Shown: positions 46,362 through 54,049 of the stretch, one piece after another
Layout of the letters: each line of letters starts with the position of its first letter
How positions within the stretch are numbered: the first letter of the stretch is position 1
Assembly (NCBI GenBank): GCA_963733035.1
Contig: CAVTBU010000005.1
Coordinates: 608,001 to 672,000 of the forward strand
DNA: 64,000 nt
Origin: Pirellulales bacterium
GTDB lineage: Bacteria > Planctomycetota > Planctomycetia > Pirellulales > PALSA-1355
Direction of reading: 5' to 3'
The notes under the pieces: model-generated
Database searches by the model: none
Seen by the model: the letters and a program-made list of their open reading frames with translations, nothing else
What the model was told of the DNA's origin: nothing
Position numbers and translations under genes: made by a program

Positions 46362-47560
46362 AGCCTCCCGAACGGTCTCAATTGTTGGACCATGCCACGA
46401 CGTCCGCGATTCGACCGCGGTTGCTACGCCGGATGACGGTCCGCCGCATCTTGAGCATTCTTGTGCAGCGCGCCCCTTGCACACGAGCCGAGCTGACGCG
46501 ACTGACGGGCATCAGTGCCCCGACGGTTTCGAAAGCCGTGGCATCGCTGCTCGAGGCGGGAATCGTCGAGGAAGGCGAGGCACCGCAGGGAGCCTTGGGG
46601 CGACCGGGCAACGTGTTGCGCTTGGCACGCGCCGGAGCTCAAGTGATCGGCGTGGTTCTCGACATCAAATGCTGCGTGGTCGTTCCCGCGGCACTCGACG
46701 GCACGCTTTTTGAAGACCGCAAGATCACGTTTGCAACGCCTGGCACCTACAAACTGCTCGTCGACGAGATCGCCGAGGCTGCCAGCCAATTGATCGACGC
46801 CGATGGAGTGCGAACGCTGAGTCTGGGCCTCAGCGTTCCCGGCCTGGTCAACCGCCGCGAGGGAAGGGCCGTGTTCTCGCCCAACCTACATTTGACCGAC
46901 GGGCACTCACCGGACGACGACCTGCGTCGACGGCTGGCAATCGAGTGCGTGATGTTTCAGGAAACGCACGCCCTGTGCCTGGGCGAGAAGATGCACCGTG
47001 CTCCGGCGCTACTCGACGATTTTGCCATGCTCGAAATCAGCGCGGGCCTGGGCCTGGGAGCAATCGCCGGCGGCCGCTTGATCGAGGGACATAGCGGTTT
47101 GGCCGGCGAACTGGGCCACGTCACGGTCAGCCCCCAGGGCCGATTGTGCGGCTGCGGCAACCACGGTTGCTTGGAGACCGTGGCGACCGACTCAGCCCTG
47201 GCCCATTTGCTGTCAGAGCGGCTCGGCTGGGCGGTGGACGTGGACGAGGCGATTCGGTTGATCCGTCAGGGCGAAATCGAGGCCGAGCAGGAATTGCGCA
47301 CCGTCTGCGAGTACCTGGCGATCGCGATGGCGGCGGCCATCAACCTCTTGAACCCGGCCACGCTCTATGTACATGGCCGATTGTTCGACGCGCGCGACGG
47401 GCTGTTCGAGATGGTGTGCGAGCTGACGCGCCGCCGAGCCCTGGCACCATCGCTGGCCGACTGCCGCATTCTGCGTGCCCGCTCGACGAAAGAGCACGGC
47501 GCCGTCGCGGCCGCGATCGACCAGCTGATGAATCGGTACGGTCCGGTGATGGAGGAGTGA
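46358..47560 (+). CDS. ROK-family transcriptional repressor
   Basis: wHTH TRAELTRLTGISAPTVSK..GRP; SVPG, GLAGELGH, CGCGNHGCLET; GTGA overlap with DUF1501. Confidence 0.92.
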   Translation: MKPPERSQLLDHATTSAIRPRLLRRMTVRRILSILVQRAPCTRAELTRLTGISAPTVSKAVASLLEAGIVEEGEAPQGALGRPGNVLRLARAGAQVIGVVLDIKCCVVVPAALDGTLFEDRKITFATPGTYKLLVDEIAEAASQLIDADGVRTLSLGLSVPGLVNRREGRAVFSPNLHLTDGHSPDDDLRRRLAIECVMFQETHALCLGEKMHRAPALLDDFAMLEISAGLGLGAIAGGRLIEGHSGLAGELGHVTVSPQGRLCGCGNHGCLETVATDSALAHLLSERLGWAVDVDEAIRLIRQGEIEAEQELRTVCEYLAIAMAAAINLLNPATLYVHGRLFDARDGLFEMVCELTRRRALAPSLADCRILRARSTKEHGAVAAAIDQLMNRYGPVMEE

Positions 47561-47592
47561 CCGGTCCGCCGGAGCCAGTCGCGCGGCACAAT

Positions 47593-48417
47593 CTATCGAT
47601 TCAACTCTTCAAAATCCCACAACACGTCGGCGGGCGGCGCGAAGCGTATGCCGGGAAAGTCAAATTCGAACGGATGCCGTGCCATGTCGAGCGCGCGCAG
47701 CAAGTGGTTGCGCTCGCTGGCCGGCAAATGCTTCTCCGACTCGATGTCCTTGCGGAGTTCCGCACGCGTCCCCTGAAACGTGTGGGTTTCGAGCTGGCCC
47801 TCGTCGTCGCGAAATCGGATTTCGGCTTTGAAGTGATCGTCGTCGATGCGCGACAACGTCATGGCATCGAACGTTCCCCAACGAGCGTCTCGTTCCTCCG
47901 GGGTCGGCGGGCGCAGGCCTCGTCCTGAAAATGATCGTCGCCGGGCGCTTGGTGACGTTTCCTCGGCAGCGACACTAAATGGCCGCTCACCCAAGGTGAC
48001 GGTCATTTTTTCGGACTTGCCGGCATGAATCACCTCGAGCGTGACTTCGCGACCCGGTTTGTCATTTTGCACCAACTTCACAAGCTGTTCCGGGGAATAC
48101 AATTTTTGATCGTCGTAGCTGACCAGAATGTCGTCTTGCTTCACGCCGGCCTGCTCCGCCGGCGAGTCGGCGGCCACTTCGGACACTAGCACGCCGCGGC
48201 CGTCGCCAAGGAGATCCAACAAGTGACTAATGAGCGAGCGATGCAAGGGCTCAATTGCCAGCCCGAGGTACGCCTGGGTTTTTTGAGGCGACGCTTCCGT
48301 TATTGGGGCGCCCGTTTTGTTTTCGCTAATGTTTTTGTCCGCCGCCCTGATCGCGGAAGTCGATGCGGCCACGAAAAGAGCAACGAGCGTCAGTATCATC
48401 AAAGCGCGGCGTCTCAT
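47593..48417 (-). CDS. Exported single-PDZ-domain protein without a protease domain
   Basis: Signal peptide; AYLGL...GVLVSEVAADSPAEQAGVKQDDIL; CAGGAG RBS. Confidence 0.85.
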   Translation of the reverse strand: MRRRALMILTLVALFVAASTSAIRAADKNISENKTGAPITEASPQKTQAYLGLAIEPLHRSLISHLLDLLGDGRGVLVSEVAADSPAEQAGVKQDDILVSYDDQKLYSPEQLVKLVQNDKPGREVTLEVIHAGKSEKMTVTLGERPFSVAAEETSPSARRRSFSGRGLRPPTPEERDARWGTFDAMTLSRIDDDHFKAEIRFRDDEGQLETHTFQGTRAELRKDIESEKHLPASERNHLLRALDMARHPFEFDFPGIRFAPPADVLWDFEELNR

Positions 48418-48579
48418 GATCTTCTCCTGATGAAACAAACGAATGTTTGCGCGCTAGCCCGGCTCGCCACGCGTCCAAGCACGATGGTCGGGATTTCGCA
48501 ATTCTATTTCGCGTCACCGGGATCAGTTCTTGACCTGGCAAAGGCAGCATGGCGCCTGCCGTGAAACATTCCAGGTCGA

Positions 48580-48595
48580 AGCAAAGTTGATGCCA
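48580..48595 (-). promoter_or_regulatory. Sigma54 -24/-12 promoter for the PDZ gene
   Basis: Reverse strand TGGCATCAACTTTGCT (GG-N10-GC), ~165 nt upstream of ATG 48417. Confidence 0.65.
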
Positions 48596-48883
48596 CAACG
48601 AATGCAAATCGCCGTCTCTTGCATGCACGTCTAAGCATGCCAAGATTCACCGCACAGATTGCGCACGGGTTCCTTAATCTTCGGCGCGCCTGACTTGCTG
48701 ACTGGCGGCGACTGTGCCTGGCCGCACGTCTTCCTGGGCGAACCGCTGCGCAATTGCCGACCAGGTTGCTATGAAATCGACCGGCGTTGCCGCGGAAGTA
48801 GAAGACGGAACGGCTGTCGGAAATCCGCCGCCATTCCAGCCGTATGGCAAAGCGCGAAACGTAGCGGAGCGCGCTCGCCGGTT

Positions 48884-49471
48884 TCACCGCACGAAGCCGA
48901 AGCGCTCCCACGGCGAGACGATCAGCCACACGCGCCCAATTAGCCGACTCGGCTTCACCGGTCCGTTGAACCGGCTATCATCCGAATCTTTTAAATCATC
49001 GCCCAGCACGTAGTAGCCTTCGCCGCAGGCGACCGGTTTGCCTTCGAAAAGGTTGCCGAATTTCAAGTATTTCTGATTCAGGCCGGCGGGCATTTCTACC
49101 AGCTTGCCGTCAATCAGGAGTCGACGATCCTCGGACAATTGCACGGTCTCGCCCGGCAACCCGGCCACGCGCTTCATCAATTGCATGCCGTCGTCGCGCG
49201 TGAAGGCGATGACTTCCCAGCGTCGCGGCCGACGAAACCAGCGAGTCACTTTCTCGGTCACCACCCGATCGCCATCATCGACATTCTTGCCCTGCAAGGT
49301 TGGCGACATCGAGGGCGAAGTGATGATCGATATATCGATCGTCAACACGTAGAGCAGACACAGTGCACCAAACACGGCGAACCCGCGCTCGACCCAGCGG
49401 AGCGCTCGGCGAGCACGGGTTTGGCGTCGGATTGCCGGCTGTTCAACGATTGTCCGCGAGTCTGTCTTCAT
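48884..49471 (-). CDS. lepB: Signal peptidase I (short, single TM)
   Basis: SPSMSPTL (Ser), MKRVAGLPGE (Lys), YYVLGDD..DSDDSRFNGP. Confidence 0.88.
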   Translation of the reverse strand: MKTDSRTIVEQPAIRRQTRARRALRWVERGFAVFGALCLLYVLTIDISIITSPSMSPTLQGKNVDDGDRVVTEKVTRWFRRPRRWEVIAFTRDDGMQLMKRVAGLPGETVQLSEDRRLLIDGKLVEMPAGLNQKYLKFGNLFEGKPVACGEGYYVLGDDLKDSDDSRFNGPVKPSRLIGRVWLIVSPWERFGFVR

Positions 49472-49724
49472 CGCGGGCCTCGCGCGCGGCCTGTTCGATT
49501 GCCTGCTGGCGCTGCTCCAACTCGGTATGCGTCGATCGCCGGGCGGGCCCGCGCCGATGCTGAAACATCGGCAGCAAAAAGATCGCGAAGAGCACAACGA
49601 CCGCCAACAACCCGAGCATTGAGCCCAGACCAATTCCAGGCGCCGTCTGAGCAGGCACCTCCTGCCGGGCTTGATCCTCCCGTTCTTCACGACGCTCATC
49701 ATCCGGAGACAGAGACGCGTTCAT
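49443..49724 (-). CDS. Small single-TM membrane protein (93 aa)
   Basis: Acidic N-terminus, TM GSMLGLLAVVVLFAIFLLPMF, charged helix; AGGTG before ATG; overlaps the lepB start. Confidence 0.6.
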   Translation of the reverse strand: MNASLSPDDERREEREDQARQEVPAQTAPGIGLGSMLGLLAVVVLFAIFLLPMFQHRRGPARRSTHTELEQRQQAIEQAAREARDEDRLADNR

Positions 49725-49988
49725 GGTTCACCTGTGAATGGATCAGAACGACCGCAGAAGTGAAACGCTATCCGTAATTGTCCACAGGTCCGAAATTCGT
49801 GCAACTCAATCGCGGTTTCGCGCAAGACCGGGGGAAGCAGGCGGGATGTTCCCGCGCGCGTCGCCAACTTCGACGCCACGCAGAACAGGTGCTTTTCGCC
49901 GCCAGGGAACAATCGCCCGCAGGCGCCGCCAACCTGAAGGCTCGACCGCGCGGTGGGCGCAGAAGCGCGCCTCTAGAACGAAACGAAG

Positions 49989-50061
<73 letters not shown>

Positions 50062-50290
50062 GCAAAGGGATTCACTGTAACAGTTTGCGATTGCCTGTGA
50101 AAGGGGCCGACGGGGGCGTCGCGGCCGCGTGGCGGAGGTTGCTGGCGCGGCTGGCAAACTACCCGAATCAAGTACGGCAATGCATGCTCAAGTGGGGTCT
50201 GCTATACGGGCCAACCTCCCATCTTTTGCGACGGCCCCTGGGCCCGCGGCACGATCCTTTCGAAGTCTTCCTGGACAACAGGTAGTGGAC

Positions 50291-51241
50291 ATGTCAACGT
50301 TCGCCCTGCGCTATGGCGGTGCTGCGCTTGCGATCTGCCTGATCGCGGTGGGATGTGTCGCGCCCAAGGATACGCTGGCCGAGAAGAAGCGGCTTCCGCA
50401 CATCGAGCGGCCCGTCGCCGTGGAGTACGGCAAACCCAACAAGTTTGCCGACGGGCTGGCGGCCGTGGTCCAGTTCCCGCGGCCATGGCAACGGCGACGA
50501 CCGAGAGCGAAAAAATACTACGATCGTGACGTCGCGGTCGATCGGGCCGCCGACTATCTCGAAGATCACGGCCTGGACGACGTTCTCATCGAGGTGCGGC
50601 GCCACGACCCAATCGGACAGTGGAGGAGGCTGCGCGAGAACACAGCCATTTCTCCCTGGAGCCGCTACCCGATGGGCACGCTCTCGTTAGTCGCCTACAA
50701 CTTGCTTCCGCCGCGCGTTTGGGGTTTCGACGAGTACAACCCCTTCACGAACACGCTTTACCTGAACACGCATCAAATCGCGCTGTCGACATATCGAGCG
50801 GCAGGCGCCACACAACTCCATGGAGCAAGCTTTCCCGGGTTAAAGAAGTTTGCCGCCGAAGTGCCGCCGTTCAGCATGTTCCACGATCATCGCTGCACGA
50901 CAGATCTGATTGCCTATGCACGCCAGCGCAACGACTGGGAAATGGAAAAGTCGGTGTACCAGCAGATCTACCCGGCCGTTGGCGCCAATGTGGCAACGCT
51001 TGCGTACCTGTACCCTGCGCTTTGGGTGATTCCCATTGCCAGACCGGCGGGTGCTATTGTCGGGGGCGTCGCCGGCGCGGCCGCACTCAAACGCAGAAAG
51101 GCCGAGCTGGCCGCGGCCGGCCATCCGGTGCCAGACGACCATAAAGTGGAGCTGGCAACCTATCACGAGCCGGCCGAAGTCGGCGCGACGGCCGATCAGC
51201 GAGCACTGCCAGCCGCCAGCCAAGCGACCGTGACTCGGTAG
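50291..51241 (+). CDS. Hypothetical lipoprotein
   Basis: Lipobox IAVGC; YNPFTNT motif; C-terminal glycine-rich hydrophobic helix. Confidence 0.7.
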   Translation: MSTFALRYGGAALAICLIAVGCVAPKDTLAEKKRLPHIERPVAVEYGKPNKFADGLAAVVQFPRPWQRRRPRAKKYYDRDVAVDRAADYLEDHGLDDVLIEVRRHDPIGQWRRLRENTAISPWSRYPMGTLSLVAYNLLPPRVWGFDEYNPFTNTLYLNTHQIALSTYRAAGATQLHGASFPGLKKFAAEVPPFSMFHDHRCTTDLIAYARQRNDWEMEKSVYQQIYPAVGANVATLAYLYPALWVIPIARPAGAIVGGVAGAAALKRRKAELAAAGHPVPDDHKVELATYHEPAEVGATADQRALPAASQATVTR

Positions 51242-51314
51242 GGCGGCAACAGAAGGCGGATTACGAATGAGCGAAACGCCAGCCAGGATGAAAGTAGCCC
51301 CGTGCGGCCCGCGT

Positions 51315-51788
51315 TCACATCCACTGGGGCGGCGGGAGCGGAATGACTTTGGGCTCTGGCAATGCTGCTTCGCCGGAGGGAACGTCGCGAATGACGACGA
51401 CGGGCGTATGCGCGTGCCGGAGAACGTGTTCGGCCACGCTGCCTAGCAGCAGATGCGCGATCCCCTTGCGACCGTGCGTCCCCATCACGATCAGATCGCA
51501 CTGTTCATTTTCGGCCATCCAGCAGATCACTTCGCCCGGGTCGCCGGCGTGGAGGGCGCGTCGCACGTTGAGTTCCGGGTAGAGCGGAGTGATGTCTTGC
51601 AACTGCTGCTTGATCCGCGGGCTGGCTGGTTCGCGCTGCCCCGCGTCGTCGTAGGCCTCGGGAACACTGAAGGCGTGCACGAGGATTAATTCAGCGTTGT
51701 TATCTCGACAGAGCTTTTGAGCAAAGAGCATCGCCTTGGTGGAACTCTCCGAGAAATCCACCGGACATAGAATGCGCTGGAATGCCAT
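51315..51788 (-). CDS. Universal stress protein
   Basis: RILCPVDFS...GDP...DLIVMGTHGR.G...LLGSVAEHV; GGAG RBS. Confidence 0.93.
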   Translation of the reverse strand: MAFQRILCPVDFSESSTKAMLFAQKLCRDNNAELILVHAFSVPEAYDDAGQREPASPRIKQQLQDITPLYPELNVRRALHAGDPGEVICWMAENEQCDLIVMGTHGRKGIAHLLLGSVAEHVLRHAHTPVVVIRDVPSGEAALPEPKVIPLPPPQWM

Positions 51789-51887
51789 TGTCAAGAATTC
51801 TCCGCTGCGTCCTGCTTGTATGACAACCATTGACGAACACGTGAACTTGCCGACGCAGACAGAATTCGACCATCACGTGTCGCCAAT

Positions 51888-52358
51888 CTACGTTTTCACT
51901 GGCCGGGCGAAGCTTGCCACGAGCGGATGCTCGACCTCATAAAAGTCGGCGTACTTCATCCGAATCGCCGTTGTGTGGGAACTGCACTCAAAGTAAATGC
52001 ATTCATCTTCGGTGAGCGATTTGTCCACGATCGTTTGCGCGCCGTAATGCGTGCCGAACGGGGGCAACACGCCAAACTCGCAATCGGGGCAACGCTCGGC
52101 GATTTCCACTTCGGTGGCCAGTTCCAGCTGGGCTCCACCCAGGAACGTGCTCAGCTGGTCGAAATCCACCATGTGCGTCGCGGGCAGCACGGCCACAATG
52201 TAGCTATAGTTGTGGTCCGCCCGCAACAGCACAGACTTGGCCACCAGGTGGCCCGGTGCGCAAATTGCTTCGGCAACGTGTTGCGCGCCATAGACCTCCT
52301 GATGTTTGACGACTTCAAACGGCACGTGCCGTTTTTCCAAGAGTTCGGTGACATTCAT
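51888..52358 (-). CDS. YbaK/aminoacyl-tRNA deacylase-family protein
   Basis: VAKSVLL, AVLPA, LATE.E, CEFGVLPPFG; GGAGG RBS. Confidence 0.9.
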   Translation of the reverse strand: MNVTELLEKRHVPFEVVKHQEVYGAQHVAEAICAPGHLVAKSVLLRADHNYSYIVAVLPATHMVDFDQLSTFLGGAQLELATEVEIAERCPDCEFGVLPPFGTHYGAQTIVDKSLTEDECIYFECSSHTTAIRMKYADFYEVEHPLVASFARPVKT

Positions 52359-52442
52359 GACAAGGCCCTCCGTAATTAGGCCCCGCGCGCCCTCCCGCCT
52401 CGCGTGCGGGGGTAAATGCTCCCTGACACAATTATACCAGTT

Positions 52443-52458
52443 TGCATATTTCGTACCG
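52443..52458 (-). promoter_or_regulatory. Probable sigma54 promoter for ybaK-like (and usp) genes
   Basis: Reverse strand CGGTACGAAATATGCA (GG-N10-GC, three deviations from TGGCACG-N4-TTGCA), ~85 nt upstream of ATG 52358. Confidence 0.45.
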
Positions 52459-52667
52459 TCGAAACGAGAACCAGTTGCCGGACGTGTTTGGCCGAATTGC
52501 ATCTAGCGAGGGCATCCATTGCGAACAAGCAAATGTGCGTTTCGGCACGGGAAACGCTGAAACGTGGGTCGGAACGCACATGTCGGGCGTACCAGACCCG
52601 CACCGGTTGGGACGCAATCGTTGTCGCAACACTGCCAGGGGAAGTTTCCATCGAACATCGTGCGAAT

Positions 52668-52683
52668 CGGCACCGCGATTGCT
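52668..52683 (+). promoter_or_regulatory. Sigma54 promoter for the DUF4405 gene
   Basis: CGGCACCGCGATTGCT (GG-N10-GC), ~75 nt upstream of ATG 52756. Confidence 0.6.
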
Positions 52684-52755
52684 TTAGGGGATGCGGCAAA
52701 GTCGCCAAAATCCTTTCGTTCGCGTCGCCCCTGTGAAAAACGGATGATCAGCCCC

Positions 52756-53259
52756 ATGAGCTTGAAGATGCAAGATTTCGAGACGGAAGAAACGGAAAAA
52801 GTCGAACACGCCGCAGCGGCCACCCTTCAGGCCCGCCAGAATGACCGACGACCGACAGCTGGCCGCATTTCGAAAACGGTCGTCAATTTCGTGCTCGACG
52901 CAACTTTGCTGGTTCTGGTTGCGGCCCTGCTGTTCATCGCCGCGGTGTTGCGACTGGTCTTTCCGGCTCCGACCATCGCTGACGGGTGGACACTTTGGGG
53001 ATCTGGCTACGACGGCTGGGCGAATCTGCAATTCGTGCTGGTGACCCTGCTGGGACTTGCCATTCTATTGCACGTGATGCTGCACTGGTCGTGGGTCTGC
53101 GGCGTGGCGATGACGAAGCTGCTCAAGCGGCCGCCGCGCAAGGCCAAGCTGGACGAAGGCCAACAGACGCTGTGGGGCGTCGGGCTATTGATCGTCATCG
53201 TTAACGTCATTGGGCTGCTGGTTGGCGTGGCATATCTGACGATACAGGGGCCGCAGTAG
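52756..53259 (+). CDS. DUF4405-like membrane protein
   Basis: NFVLD, three TM helices, LLHVMLHWSWV motif; start could be 52768. Confidence 0.75.
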   Translation: MSLKMQDFETEETEKVEHAAAATLQARQNDRRPTAGRISKTVVNFVLDATLLVLVAALLFIAAVLRLVFPAPTIADGWTLWGSGYDGWANLQFVLVTLLGLAILLHVMLHWSWVCGVAMTKLLKRPPRKAKLDEGQQTLWGVGLLIVIVNVIGLLVGVAYLTIQGPQ

Positions 53260-54049
53260 AATGCCCGGAAGCGTCGTCTGATCGCACGGCGGCCGAGCTT
53301 TCGCAAAAGGGGCAGGCGGCGGCTGAGTGCGTCTCGCTGTGAGATGGATCCCAGAAACCGGCCCCGCGGACAATGGAAAGACCGCCAGTCAGCACGACGC
53401 ACCAAGCGGCCATCCGAAGCAGCCGTTGGCGGCCAGCCAGCGACAGCAGGCTCGAACCGCTGCCGGCAAGCACCATCAGAGGAACGGTTCCGATTCCGAA
53501 GGCGGCCATCGTGGCCATTCCGCCAAACAGGTTGCTGGTCGCCGCCGCCAGCGCCACGTAGGCATATACCAACCCGCAGGGCAGGAAGCCGGTGAAGACG
53601 CCGGCCAGAAAGACGTTTCGCAAGCGTCGATCGCGCAAGAAACTGCCGAGCATGCCGCCCATCAAACATCCCACACCGGCTCCAGGCACCGCCAGGGGAT
53701 TGCGAACGCTGCCGCGCCACACGTGCCACCGTCGGGACAACCACCGAAAAACCCCCGCCGCGATCAGCCCTTGCACGACCAACAAAACTCCAGCAAGTAT
53801 TGCGACGACCGCCTGCACATTCATCACGCCACCCAGATTCTCGGCCAACCGCAGGCCGCCATAGCCAACTGCCGCGCCGAACACGCTGTAGGTAAAGATC
53901 CGCCCGCAGCTATAGACCACCTGGCGTGCGAGGTTTGACGGGAGGCGTGCGGCCGGCGTGCCGACCAGCACGGCGAATCCGCCGCACATGCCGACGCAGT
54001 GCGCCGATCCGAGCAGGCCTCCGATAAACACCAACGGAAGTTCGATCAT
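53207..54049 (-). CDS. TauE/SafE (DsbD_2)-family protein, cbb3 assembly-associated
   Basis: GSAHCVGMCGG, GRIFTY, GFLPCGLVY, FGIGTVP; C-terminal CPFC. Confidence 0.9.
   Translation of the reverse strand: MIELPLVFIGGLLGSAHCVGMCGGFAVLVGTPAARLPSNLARQVVYSCGRIFTYSVFGAAVGYGGLRLAENLGGVMNVQAVVAILAGVLLVVQGLIAAGVFRWLSRRWHVWRGSVRNPLAVPGAGVGCLMGGMLGSFLRDRRLRNVFLAGVFTGFLPCGLVYAYVALAAATSNLFGGMATMAAFGIGTVPLMVLAGSGSSLLSLAGRQRLLRMAAWCVVLTGGLSIVRGAGFWDPSHSETHSAAACPFCESSAAVRSDDASGHSTAAPVSSDMPRQPAAQ

Noticed and set aside
50150..50220. c-di-GMP-I riboswitch suggested by GGCAAAC
   Set aside because: Lacks the GNRA-capped stem and the downstream GACGCAAA element.
50247..50263. Sigma54 promoter GGCACGATCCTTTC upstream of the lipoprotein
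   Set aside because: The -12 position reads TC, not GC.
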